This document shows, one piece after another, positions 11,592-22,340 of a stretch of DNA of 64,000 nucleotides (position 1 is its first letter; every line of letters starts with the position of its first letter). The DNA lies in the NCBI RefSeq assembly GCF_023055435.1, contig NW_025963779.1, positions 71,796,001-71,860,000 of the forward strand, read 5' to 3'. The notes beneath the pieces were generated by a model. It saw only the letters and a list, made by a program, of their open reading frames with translations. It was not told the DNA's origin and searched no databases. This DNA comes from Haliotis rufescens (taxonomy: Eukaryota). A program made the position numbers and the translations under genes.

Positions 11592-14500
11592 GCGTGTGCG
11601 TGCGTGCGTGTGCGTGCGTGCGCGTGCGTGCATGCGTCTCTGTGTGCTTTCTTAGGGATTTTGTTTGTACCATGGTTAATGGACTTAAAATTTGAAAAAT
11701 TATTATTTTGTTCCTGCTAATTAACTAGTTTCAGTATCCATAATGAACTTAAATATACAGATAACTGACTCTTTTCCATTTCTTTTTTATTTCACACGAC
11801 CGCCATTTTGTTTAATGCCACTTTCAGCAAGCGTCCAGACATAGCGGAGTGGAGGAGTCGCCATGGGTGTCACACATTGCACAACACGGGGACTGGAACC
11901 TGTGTCTGCTGCAAAATGAGCCAATAACACACTGACCCATTTCAAAACTAGAAAATTGGGTGACCTGAATATTTGGAGCAGACATACAGTCTTATATTTG
12001 CACAGTTGAAAAAGTGCACTAAATGTATGAGAATTTTAATACTTTTTCTCTAAGATAATAAACGATATGCCATGGTGTGTAACTGAAATGGGATGGCTGT
12101 GAACCAACAATATTCTTGATATCCTAAGTCAACTTTGTTCGCAAAATGGAAATAACAGGAACATAATAATTACCAGTAGTATATATGACTGCACAAACAC
12201 TGAAAACTACATATCAGGAGTTGTCTCCACATTTACAAGTAGGGACAAAGCCTTTCAGTGCTCAAGATGAGGTACTGGCTGGATCACTCACCTGGTAGGG
12301 TAATACTGTTTGCTTTGTTTAAGGAATGTAACACTGTCATTAGCTATGAGATCTGTCAGATAGTCACTGTAATAATTATCTTGATGTTTTATTTTCCTCC
12401 CATTGAAGTTGATTGAATAATTGTAGTAGCGGGAGTTCCGAATTAGTCCGACCCATTCTCTCCAGCCTGGCGGGATGTAGGTTCCATTGTACTCATTTAA
12501 ATATTTCCCAAAATAACCTGAAACAGAAACACAAGCACTGAAATCCTACTCTATCCAACGAAAACATGATACAGAGATTTAACCAGACCTGCATTGAGGA
12601 CAATACTGGTAAGGCCCAAAGTCTGCAGCAAAAGTCAGTAATAATTCCCAAGTTCATGTTTATGTATAATCATCAGTAATGTTATGGCTTTGTAGAAGAG
12701 TGAGTGAGTGAATATGGTTTTACGCCGCTTTTAGCAATATTTCAGCAATATCACGGCAGGGGACACCAGAAATGGGCTTCACACATTGTACCCATGTCGG
12801 GAATCGAACCCGGGTCTTCGGCGTGACGAGCGAACGCTTTAACCATTAGGCTACCCGACCACCCCCTTTTGTAGAAGAGACTTGTGTTACACTGCAGGAG
12901 CAATAAAGAGGAAGTGGCTTTAAAGCTAAGTTTTACATTAAGGTGAGGTGAAATGGGGTTTAACGTCGCGTCCGTTTTACATTAAAGCAGTGAATGCAAT
13001 GTTAAGATACAGTGTTAAAATATCTCTGTATTAAAGAAAATATAAACTTTAAAAAATCACAATTTCAAACAATGTAATGATTTTTCCAAAGTTGCCTGCT
13101 GAAGGCACTGTGTCTGGAATCCAAGATAAAGCCTGTTATAGCATAACATGGGATAGGAACACAAACTGGTTAAACCTATACTTCATCATCGTTGATCTTA
13201 GATATTGGTATTGAGGAATAAGCTGTATTCAAGTTAGGTTCATCTAAAGCCAAATTGTAAACCAGATAATAAGAAGAATTGCAAGAACCAAAAAAAATTT
13301 TAACAAATAAACTGAGGCTTCACTCTTAAAATAACCCTGCCCTCCTCCTTGCCCTAGCCCTATCTCCAGCTTCCCCCCACCCCCACACACACCAAGAAAT
13401 GAAAATAGTCTATCAAATAACTACTCTGAATCTTAATCAACTTGTCTTAAAAACCAAAAAAAATAAACAGGGTTGATTGATGATCAATCGAGAAGACACA
13501 AAAATCAATGCAAATCTAATAACAAGAATATTGCATTTTTTAAATTCCTGTGAACTAAAAGGCTATTTGTTCATTTTCCTCAAAAAACTGTTTCAACAAA
13601 AATTTAAATACAAACTACAAATAGTCCCAATACATAATTTTCTGCAGCATTCAAATATCACATGATCACGAAATAGCTACTGTCAAACTCATCATCGAGG
13701 GACCTGAATGGGTATATCTACCCACAGATCCATTCATCATGGTAACATCTCAAGAAGTGTACAAATCAGTGTACAGCTGATTGCTGACAGAGAATGGAAG
13801 TGAAGGAGTATGCTACAAAATGAAGGCCATTTGGTAATGGCGGCATGTCCAGTGTCCCATGATTAGCAACAATTAGAATTGTGGGAGATCTATCTCACAG
13901 ACAGGAATATAGATTATATAGAGCACAAGCAAATACTTTTGTCAAATGGTTGGTCACTATATTGGTCAGGTGGAGTTACATCTATATGCAGACAAAGCAC
14001 TGTAAAGTATACAGTTAAAAGAGGTGTGAAACTCTCGTGCTTCCTGAAACATTTTCATTTCAGCATAACAGGTCTTAAACAACAAACACTTGACGACACT
14101 AACTGTACAGTTTATAGATAGAGAACTTGTGTCAGTAATCTAAGATAGATAGAGACCTTGTACCAGTGCTCTAAGACAGATAGAGACCTTGTGCCAGTGA
14201 TCTAAGATAGATAGAGACCTTGTGCCTGTGATCTAGGATAGATAGAAAGAGACCTTGTGCCATTGATCTAAGATAGATAGAGACCTTGTGCCAGTGATCT
14301 AAGATAGATAGAGACCTTCTGCCTGTGATCTAAGATAGAAAGAGACCTTGTGCCAGTGATCTAAGATAGATAGAGACCTTGTGCCAGTGATCTAAGATAG
14401 ATAGAGACCTTGTGCCTGTGATCTAGGATAGATAAAAAGAGACCTTGTGCCATTGATCTAAGATAGATAGAGACCTTGTGCCAGTGATCTAAGATAGATA

Positions 14501-16098
14501 GAAACCTTGTGCCAGTGATCTAAGATAGATAGAGACCTTCTGCCTGTGATCTAAGATAGAAAGATACCTTGTGCCAGTGATCTAAGATAGATAGAGACCT
14601 TGTGCCAGTGATCTAAGATAGATAGAGACCTTGTGCCAGTGATCTAAGATAGATAGAGACCTTGTGCCAGTGATCTAAGATAGATAGAGACCTTGTGCCA
14701 GTGATCTAAGATAGAAAGAGACCTTGTGCCAGTGATCTAAGATAGATAGAGACCTTGTGCCAGTGATCTCAGATAGATAGAGACCTTGTGCCAGTGATCT
14801 AAGATAGAGACCTTCTGCCTGTGATCTAAGATAGAAAGATACCTTGTGCCAGTGATCTAAGATAGAAAGATACCTTGTGCCAGTGATCTAAGATAGATAG
14901 AGACCTTCTGCCTGTGATCTAAGATAGAAAGATACCTTGTGCCAGTGATCTAAGATAGATAGACCTTGTGCCTGAGCTCTAAGATAGAAAGAGACCTTGT
15001 GTCAGTGCTCTAAGATAGATAGAGACCTTGTGTCAGTGATCTAAGATAGATAGAGACCTTGTGCCAGTGATCTTAGATAGAGAAATATAGAGACCTTGTG
15101 CCAGTGATCTAAGATAGATAGAGACCTTGTGCCAGTGATCTAAGATAGATAGAGACCTTGTGTCAGTGATCTAAGATAGATACAGACCTTGTGCCAGTGA
15201 TCTAAGATAGATAGAGACCTGTGTCAGTGCTCTAAGATAGATAGACCTTGTGCCTGAGCTCTAAGATAGATAGAGACCTTGTGCCAGTGATCTAAGATAG
15301 ATAGAGACCTTGTGCCAGTGATCTAAGATAGATAGAGACCTTGTGCCAGTGATCTAAGATAGATACAGACCTTGTGCCTGTGATCTAAGATAGAAAGAGA
15401 CCTTGTGCCAGTGATCTAAGATAGATAGAGACCTTGTGCCAGTGATCTAAGATAGATAGAGACCTTGTGCCTGTGATCTAAGATAGAAAGAGACCTTGTG
15501 CCAGTGATCTAAGATAGAAAGAGACCTTGTGTCAGTGCTCTAAGATAGATAGAGACCTTGTGCCAGTAATTTATATGGACATAAACCATCGTGAGAACAA
15601 AGGGCAAGGCAAAACTTTCTATCCTGAATAAGTACTGACACTGTCATCTATTACATAAGCATGAGAAGTCTGCTTACCTGTTCTATAGCCTTTGTCATTA
15701 AGGTAGGTGGCAAACGTCCTTGTTTCATGGGTCTTTTGCCACTGTATAGAGGAACAATTGTCATTGTTTGTATACACATTATGATTGTGTGTGTACATGC
15801 CGGTCAATATAGAACTCCTTGAAGGGCAACACATGGGTGTCGATGAAAATGAATAATTAAAAAACGCTCCTTGATTTCGTATCAGCCGATTCAATTTCGG
15901 CATGACATCTAACGATCCTAATAATAGGTCCTGATCGTCTGTAAGCACAATAACTATATTAGGCTTTTCACTTTTGTTTCGCCGATGTCTTGGAGTCCTA
16001 TAATATGGTTGGTTTTTTTCATGAAAGCGGTTATTGGCCTCCGCTAGTGTGTAGAACACTATGAGTGTTAGTCCAAAGTGTAGAAGATTCGCCCTCAT
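907..16098 (-). CDS. Sulf1: Extracellular endosulfatase Sulf1/Sulf2-family gene (12 coding exons in window, 3'-incomplete)
   Basis: Hand-spliced exons 15678-16098, 12292-12517, 11279-11374, 10016-10166, 9084-9259, 8059-8187, 7519-7584, 4796-4964, 3329-3503, 2721-2813, 1835-1989 and 907-927 join in frame (1878 nt) with GT-AG sites. Sulf hallmarks: [85 protein letters not shown]. Confidence 0.95.
1170..1730. repeat. Minisatellite, 42-bp unit (2 x 21 bp)
   Basis: CCCTGCCTCATTCTGAATCTA / CCCTGCCTCACCTGGAATCTT alternation. Confidence 0.95.
1835..1989 (-). CDS. Sulf1: Sulf coding exon 11 ([20 protein letters not shown]...[21 protein letters not shown])
   Basis: TGTTCAG| acceptor, AGG|GTGAGT donor; Sulf C-x8-C, LY, DHK coiled-coil pattern; phase 1 to 0. 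Confidence 0.92.
2414..2568. mobile_element. Palindromic MITE-like element (long hairpin)
   Basis: ~50-bp imperfect inverted arms GTGTCTTTTGATATCAA...GTTGATAAAAGTGGA / TCCACTTTTATCAAC...TTGATATGAAAAGACAC around CTCGGCAAGCCTC. Confidence 0.7.
2721..2813 (-). CDS. Sulf1: Sulf coding exon 10 ([13 protein letters not shown]...) with furin-type RSKR site
   Basis: CTCCTTGCAG| acceptor, G|GTGGGT donor; phase 1 to 1; resembles vertebrate YKPRF...RQTRS. Confidence 0.85.
3058..3231 (-). mobile_element. tRNA-derived SINE family A, young copy
   Basis: Minus strand: A-box TAGCCTAGTGG, B-box GGTTCGATTCC, (ACTC)n tail; 15-bp TSD TCTGAGAAATCAGTG (3043-3057 / 3232-3246). Confidence 0.92.
3329..3503 (-). CDS. 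Sulf1: Sulf coding exon 9, basic hydrophilic domain (KWYCEQ...HKC...[28 protein letters not shown])
   Basis: CTTTACAG| acceptor; the C|GTAAGA donor (phase 1) matches the next acceptor. Confidence 0.88.
3540..4429. mobile_element. Possible older hAT-like non-autonomous element hosting the 3773-4282 insertion
   Basis: Right end CCCAGCCCTA (TAGGGCTG on minus); GGGTAC subterminal motifs on both sides; left terminus and TSD not found. Confidence 0.3.
3773..4282 (+). mobile_element. Non-autonomous DNA transposon with long TIRs and 9-bp TSD, probably AcademH-type
   Basis: ~87-bp TIRs starting CAATCTCATT (3773-3859 / 4196-4282); TTTTTTGCC at 3764-3772 and 4283-4291; internal frame reads [26 protein letters not shown] (RecQ Q-motif-like). 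Confidence 0.75.
4796..4964 (-). CDS. Sulf1: Sulf coding exon 8, hydrophilic domain (KVTKKQ...[14 protein letters not shown])
   Basis: GTTCCAG| acceptor, CAG|GTCAGG donor; phase 2 to 0; Cys spacing precedes the KWxC motif. Confidence 0.88.
5140..6088. repeat. C-rich minisatellite, 32-bp unit CCCTGCTCCACCCCACCTAATGCCCTCCCTCG
   Basis: Direct inspection. Confidence 0.95.
6309..7049. mobile_element. Possible PIF/Harbinger-type non-autonomous element
   Basis: CpG-rich block flanked by TTA on both sides; weak TIRs (GGCCAGGTTCATAC vs GGGCTCAGTCACAC, 8/14). Confidence 0.4.
7519..7584 (-). CDS. Sulf1: Sulf coding exon 7 ([22 protein letters not shown]), not in the ORF track
   Basis: CCCTGTAG| acceptor, GG|GTAAGT donor; Sulf WRD..L.ERG motif; phase 2 to 2. 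Confidence 0.93.
8059..8187 (-). CDS. Sulf1: Sulf coding exon 6 ([19 protein letters not shown]...[10 protein letters not shown])
   Basis: CTCCCTAG| acceptor, |GTATGT donor; phase 2 to 2. Confidence 0.93.
8225..8507 (-). mobile_element. SINE-like family B (non-tRNA head, GTCGTAAGAGGCGACTAA motif, (AAAC)n tail)
   Basis: Colinear with 61225-61500; 3' tail resembles family A (ATAGCTGGA.TATTGCTG). Confidence 0.85.
9084..9259 (-). CDS. Sulf1: Sulf coding exon 5 ([46 protein letters not shown]...RGPG)
   Basis: TTTCATCAG| acceptor, |GTATGT donor; phase 0 to 2. Confidence 0.95.
10016..10166 (-). CDS. Sulf1: Sulf coding exon 4 ([16 protein letters not shown]...[16 protein letters not shown])
   Basis: GTGTAG| acceptor, AAG|GTGAGG donor; phase 2 to 0. 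Confidence 0.95.
10590..10998 (-). mobile_element. Two diverged SINE family A copies (~10590-10733 and ~10850-10998)
   Basis: CAGCAATATCA..., ATTGTACCCA / ATTATACCCA, AACCCAGG and GACGAGC motifs are colinear with family A. Confidence 0.7.
11279..11374 (-). CDS. Sulf1: Sulf coding exon 3 ([32 protein letters not shown])
   Basis: TTGCAG| acceptor, AG|GTACAA donor; phase 2 to 2. Confidence 0.95.
11555..11645. repeat. (GT)n/(GCGT)n microsatellite
   Basis: Direct inspection. Confidence 0.95.
12292..12517 (-). CDS. Sulf1: Sulf coding exon 2 ([34 protein letters not shown]...[11 protein letters not shown]...), not in the ORF track
   Basis: Translated by hand; TTTCAG| acceptor, AG|GTGAGT donor; phase 1 to 2. 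Confidence 0.95.
12701..12867 (-). mobile_element. SINE family A copy
   Basis: Near-identical to 3058-3231; 12-bp TSD TTTGTAGAAGAG (12689-12700 / 12868-12879). Confidence 0.92.
12942..12973 (-). mobile_element. 32-nt 5'-truncated family D insertion
   Basis: Matches the 3' end of family D; perfect 12-bp TSD GTTTTACATTAA (12930-12941 / 12974-12985). Confidence 0.85.
14114..15567. repeat. Minisatellite, 31-bp unit AGATAGATAGAGACCTTGTGCCAGTGATCTA
   Basis: Direct inspection. Confidence 0.96.
15678..16098 (-). CDS. Sulf1: Sulf coding exon 1: signal peptide, PNIV..TDDQD, CCPSR catalytic motif
   Basis: ORF 15619..16098; hydrophobic N-terminus [21 protein letters not shown]; donor CAG|GTAAGC, phase 1. 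Confidence 0.96.
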
Positions 16099-16170
16099 GG
16101 TGATTGGTCAGTTGGTGTGCTCAGCAGAGGTCAAGTGATGTCTTGATATGCTGTTTTCATAGTCACAAAC
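16099..16170 (-). other. 5'-UTR part of the Sulf ATG exon
   Basis: Acceptor TTTGTTTCAG ends at 16171; main ATG is in the context ATCACC-ATG-A. Confidence 0.65.
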
Positions 16171-16849
16171 CTGAAACAAAACAACTATGTCTGAAATATC
16201 AAACAATAATTATCATTCTTAAAAATTCTATGAATACTATCTCTATTACATCATTGCCAATAGTTCTGTGTTTTGGCTGTCATCACAATATATGTATCTT
16301 TTATTTTCACTGTCAGCTATCCAAAATCAGGCTTTTGGATAATAGTCTTTCATCGCTAAGTCCCTTTGCACATGCCTCAGGTGGGAAGACCTCACTCCTT
16401 TCCAATAACCAAACATCAACCTGGATGCCAATCATTGGGGGAAGTAGGTGGAATTACACACAGGAGGGAAGTTAATTTTCGGAAGAATAACTTTATTTCA
16501 TTCAACTGTAATTTGTATTCAAATTGTGGCTCATTTTACAATTTAATATAAAACAATTAAAATAATTTCATCTGAATAATTTGATTCAAACGAACTTAAT
16601 GGTTCACTATCGATGAGCAACAAAAAGGCAATTATCCACTAATTCAGAGTCATGGATTCCTAATCAAGTACATCTGTACTCATTAACAAATTAGTCCTTC
16701 TCTGTAACTGCACCGAACAGCACAAGTGTGCATCACAAGGAGAACAGCGTGTAGAACAGCTGAATCACGTCATCTCCACCAGCGTGAAGAGAGCTCGAGG
16801 CATCATGGGAGGTGCACTGAACTGGGCTTTAACGTCACGTTCCAGATTA

Positions 16850-16851
<2 letters not shown>

Positions 16852-16928
<77 letters not shown>

Positions 16929-16965
16929 TTTGTGTGTGTCTTTGCGTGTGTCTTTGCGTGTGTCT
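16852..16965. repeat. (GT)n microsatellite
   Basis: Direct inspection. Confidence 0.95.
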
Positions 16966-16986
16966 CTGTCACACTCTGTATGTGTT

Positions 16987-17200
16987 AGAAGATTCTGATT
17001 AGAATTGGGCTTCATCAACAGATTGTAAGAGGCGACTAACAGGATCACATTGTCAGGTTCGCTGACTTGGTTCATGCATGTCATCATATCCCATTTGCGT
17101 TGATCGATGTTCATGATCTCAGTCACTGGACTGTCTGGTCCAGGATATCAAGAAACCTCTTTCCTAAAGCTGGAATAGCCCTAAGTACAGCGTTAAACAG
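16987..17200 (+). mobile_element. Family B copy (diverged)
   Basis: GTAAGAGGCGACTAAC...CAGGTTCGCTGACTTGG...CACTGGACTGTCTGGTCCAG. Confidence 0.75.
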
Positions 17201-17902
17201 AACCGAAAATGCTTTACTCCTCATGTTCTATCACTATTCCAGCCAGTTCACAGCAGGGGACACTGAGAATGAGCTCTACAAGTTGTACTGGCGATATACT
17301 TGAACATCCCCATAGGATGTTGAAAGAGATACTGCAGGCTATATGACATAAAACCCCATCTACTTACTATTAGGTTACCAAGACCTCTAACACAAAGTGC
17401 TTCCAGCAGTACAGTCTTGATAAATCTCACCCCACTTGCAGCTTTTGGTGCAAGCTTGCTTTGTGAGCGAGATCCTGTGACTGTTTCCCGAATCCACTAA
17501 TCTGGAGCTTTAAGTGAGAGTTCATAATTCTGACATCTTGATGTGAATAGCGCCACATGCTAGCTGCAAGTTGTATACTCCAAAGGGACCTGAACATACA
17601 CTTATTATAGGTCTGCCATAAACCACAACCCGAGAATGTCTTACATAACATTAACATCTGCCCAGAATCAGGAACAGCCTCTTAAACACATAATAAATGT
17701 ACTTATTAGCATCATCGTTACTTTTTATGACAGCAAAGTGGAATCACCTGATAAATCACAGATAAACCCACACTGTTTAACACCCGGGGACCATCTCATC
17801 TCAGCAACTACCTACATCTAAGTCTTAAACGCATCAGATAATATCTAAGGAAGGGGAGCTATGTCTGCCTCCCTATTACCCCCTGCAGCACGACACCTAG
17901 AT

Positions 17903-18045
17903 TAAATGCTTGGTCTTGCAAAAAATATAATTTTTCCTAAACTAATGTTTAGTCTTGCCAAAAATATAATTTTTACCTACACTAATGCTTAGTCTTGCCA
18001 AAAATATAATTTTTACCTAAACCAATGCTTAGTCTTGCAAAAAAA
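17903..18045. repeat. Short tandem repeat, ~40-bp unit, ~3.5 copies
   Basis: AATGCTTAGTCTTGCCAAAAATATAATTTTTACCTAAACT. Confidence 0.85.
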
Positions 18046-18224
18046 AACCATTTAAATTGAAAAGGACCCTCAATGAGATGTTGGTTTCAGAACCTGTGGA
18101 AAACCTAGACTTGCTTCATTTCAGGCAGTTTCATTACATGCAGCAAGGTCTGGGCAGAAGTGGAAATAATATGGTTCAGGAACTGTCAGATGGACCACAG
18201 AACAATGTGTCTGGAAGGGACCCC

Positions 18225-18810
18225 ACATAGGTCTCTACTTTAGCAGAGTGAAGGATTTTGTCCAGAGAGCAGATAGAGGTCTCTACCACAGCAGTAAGTA
18301 GGATCTCCTTGTCCAGAGAGCAGATAGAGGTCTCTACCACAGCAGTAAGTAGGATCTCCTTGTCCAGAGAGCAGATAGAGGTCTCTACCACAGCAGTAAG
18401 AAGGGTCTCCTTGTCCAGAGAGCAGATGGAGGTCTCTACCACAGCAGTAAGAAAGATCTTGTCCAGAGAGCAGATAGAGGTCTCTACCACAGCAGTAAGA
18501 AGGATCTCCTTGTCCAGAGAGCAGATATAGGTCTCTACCGACAGGAGTAAGAAGGATCTCCTTGTCCAAAGAGCAGATATAGGTCTCTACCACAGCAGTA
18601 AGAAGGGTCTCCTTGTCCAGAGAGCAGATGGAGGTCTCTACCACAGCAGTAAGAAAGATCTTGTCCAGAGAGCAGATATAGGTCTCTACCACAGCAGTAA
18701 GAAGGATCTCCTTGTCCAGAGAGCAGATATAGGTCTCTACCACAGCAGTAAGAAGGATCTCCTTGTCCAGAGAGCAGATATAGGTCTCTACCACAGCAGT
18801 AAGAAGGGTG
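18225..18810. repeat. Minisatellite, 51/48-bp unit
   Basis: TTGTCCAGAGAGCAGATAGAGGTCTCTACCACAGCAGTAAGAAGGATCTCC. Confidence 0.95.
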
Positions 18811-19651
18811 TTTTCTAAGAGGAGCCAGCCAAGTTCGGTCTGTTGTAGACATGCACAAGTCTCTATGGCTATGATTATTAGTTTAAATCATAATTCCTAG
18901 ATTCTATAAATATAAATATAAACAAAATTTTCCTGTAATAGACTCGCATCCTCAAAGACTTATGTGTCGTCCGTTTATCTAGACTTGCCTATTACAAGGA
19001 TAGAATTACTATACATCCACGGACTTATCATTCAGCAGAGGCTTGGATCAAGGCTAGGTATGTTGATGCTGGCTAGGTTTGGTGCCCATCTGGTGCTGTC
19101 ATGACAACCATTTATTCTACATACCATCTTACAAAGCTGTCAGGAAATTTCTTTATCACAATGTTAATTGCTACCTAAATATTTGTTGTGAGACAGTCGA
19201 TAAACGCATCAATTACATATATATGTTACTACACACTCCAGCCATGGAGGGCAGTGTTTATAGATTCAACATGATCATGCTGATAGGCCATTATGTCTGA
19301 GAAATGATACCTTTATTATCTGTTTAGTCACACAGTCGCCAACTGGCACTTACAAAGAAGAGGAATAGATAAAGAAGAGCAGCAAATGTCAGGTCTTACT
19401 AACTACACTAATTACACTGAAACCGTGGGAGAAATTAAGATGAAGATGGCTAGTAGAATTCAACGGTGGACACAAAATACACCCATTACAAACTGAGAAT
19501 GGACAGAAATCATATGCACTGAGGCAGCAGACATTAATTACAATATTACTGCTTGAATCATCAAACCTAATTCAATTGTAACACAAGCAGGCACATTAAA
19601 TATAACCGCCATTTCTCTAATGATGAAATGAAATTTAAGATTAAATCAATA

Positions 19652-19810
19652 CAGTAAACTACGGTTATAACAAACTCAAAGAGACCTTTAAATTTAGTTC
19701 GTTATAAGCATATATTCAGAATATATACAGCAAATGACCACGACCAAGAAATAATTTTGTAATATCAGTCAGTTCATTATAAGTGTGTTTGTCATAAATG
19801 TATTTTACTG
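19652..19810. mobile_element. Tc1/mariner (pogo-like) MITE
   Basis: TA-CAGTAAA...TTTACTG-TA termini. Confidence 0.7.
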
Positions 19811-20439
19811 TAATTCATAACGTTCAGACTGTCTAATTCCAATTCAATAATTCAGATTCTCTTCAACAGTGGTCAACAAAGTCTCTTGGTTCATGGCTGA
19901 GACTCTGAGAATTGTTCGTATGTTAAAGCCTCCGGTACAGTTCATGATAGACTTAGGTTAATTACAACCAGTAGGTACTAAATAATTCTACTCCAAAAAC
20001 AATGTATCACATACAGCTGTATTAGAAATTAACACAATCTTGCCACCATGGGCTTGTGAAAGATTCAAAAGGATTGAGGAATTAGAAATGGTAGTAGGAC
20101 ATTAGCTCTTCTTCCAAGCTAAATCACACAGGAAACTATACTTTTACAATCCAAGTTACCATAATTTCCAGGTTTACTTTTGTAATGCAGTTGTTGAGAT
20201 TCCCACATGGTGATGTACTGAAACAGTGAGTTGGGCTTAGGCTGCTATAAACAAATTGCAAGATGCACTGTTCAACTGTTAATTGAGCAGCATAACAGCT
20301 TCTTGGAGAAGGAAAGTTAACAGTGATTCAGGTCATAAATGTTTACCACTTTTGTAAAACCAACGAGCACAGATGTGGTGCTGACAAACACCAGGACATA
20401 ATCTAGGGTTAGAACCAATGACCAGCTGATCCTGGCTTG

Positions 20440-21740
20440 TCAACAGGTTCCATCATCCACCATCAGGTTCCATCACCCACCAACAGGTTCCATCACCCAC
20501 CAACAGGTTCCATCACCCACCAACAGGTTCCATCATCCACCAACAGGTTCCATCACCCACCAACAGGTTCCAATCACCCACCGGGAGGTTCAATCATCCA
20601 CCATCAGGTTCCATCACCCACCAACAGGTTCCATCACCCACCAACAGGTTCCATCATCCACCAACAGGTTCCATCACCCACCAACAGGTTCCATCACCCA
20701 CCAACAGGTTCCATCATCCACCAACAGGTTCCATCATCCACCAACAGGTTCCATCACCCACCAACAGGTTCAATCATCCACCAACAGGTTCCATCATCCA
20801 CCAACAGGTTCAATCACCCACCAACAGGTTCCATAACCAACCAACAGGTTCTACAACCAACCAACCGGTTCCATAACCAACCAACAGGTTCCATCCCTCA
20901 CCAACAGGTTCTACAACCAACCAACAGGTTCCATAACCAACCAACAGGTTCCATCCCCCACCAACAGGTTCTACAACCAACCAACAGGTTCCATCATGCA
21001 CCAACAGGTTCTACAACCAACCAACAGGTTCCAAAACGAACCAACAGGTTCTACAACCAACCAACAGGTTCCATCATGCACCAATAGGTTCTACAACCAA
21101 CCAACAGGTTCCATCACCCACCAACAGGTTCTACAACCAACCAATAAGTTCCATCATGCACCAACAGGTTCTACAACCAACCAAGAGGTTCTACAACCAA
21201 CCAACAGGTTCCATCCCCCACCAACAGGTTCTACAACCAACCAACAGGTTCCATCATGCACCAACAGGTTCTACAACCAACCAACAGGTTCCAAAACGAA
21301 CCAACAGGTTCTACAACCAACCAACAGGTTCCATCATGCACCAATAGGTTCTACAACCAACCAACAGGTTCCATCACCCACCAACAGGTTCTACAACCAA
21401 CCAATAAGTTCCATCATGCACCAACAGGTTCTACAACCAACCAAGAGGTTCTACAACCAACCAACAGGTTCCATCATGCACCAACAGGTTCTACAACCAA
21501 CCAACAGGTTCCATCACCCACCAACAGGTTCTACAACCAACCAACAGGTTCCATCACCCACCAACAGGTTCTACAACCAACCAACAGGTTCCATCACCCA
21601 CCAACAGGTTCTACAACCAACCAACAGGTTCCATCACCCACTAACAGGTTCTACAACCAACCAACAGGTTCCATAACCAACCAACAAGTTCCAAAACCAA
21701 CCAATAAGTTCCATCACCAACCAACCTTATATCCATCCAA
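20440..21740. repeat. Minisatellite, 20-bp unit CCAACAGGTTCCATCACCCA / CCAACAGGTTCTACAACCAA
   Basis: Direct inspection. Confidence 0.96.
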
Positions 21741-22177
21741 CAACAGACTCTATTAATCCATCAACACGTTATATAACCTACCAAGGGTTTATATAAGTGA
21801 TGGTGCAGTTCAATAAAATACCTACAGCATACTTTTCACTAAGTGCTCAACTTGAACGTTTTGTCGTCATCTATCTTCATAATCTGGAAAACAGTCTCTG
21901 TCACTCAATGTGAAAAAGACCACTATATTCAATATTAGGATGCCCGAAAGCAGGATACTACACATCAATACATTATATATCATGATATATAAAGACACTG
22001 AATATCATTTCACAAATCAGGACATCGTATATCATTTCACACATCAGGACATCATATATCATTTCACACATCAGGACATCGTATATCATGATATAACACA
22101 TCATCACATCATATACAGGGTTTCAAGTTCGCTGTATTAGGGTGTCAACAACACAGTCAAAATTCAAATGGTTGAAG

Positions 22178-22340
22178 TGGGTGGAATAGCCAAGTGGTAA
22201 AAGTGTTCGCTTGTTACACTGAAGACCCAGGTTTGATTCCCCACATGGGTACAATGTGTGAAGCCCATTTCTGGTGTCCCTTGCCTGTGATATTGCTTGA
22301 AAATTCCTAAAAGCTTCTAAAAATTATACTCACTCACTCT
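22178..22340 (+). mobile_element. SINE family A copy (plus strand, diverged)
   Basis: TAGCCAAGTGG...GGTTTGATTCC...GAAGCCCATTTCTGGTGTCCC...ACTCACTCACTC. Confidence 0.85.

Noticed and set aside
20437-21756. Long Q/P/T-rich ORFs resembling mucin or biomineralisation proteins
   Set aside because: A 20-bp unit cycles through all three frames and gives the same peptide in each; no signal peptide or unique flank.
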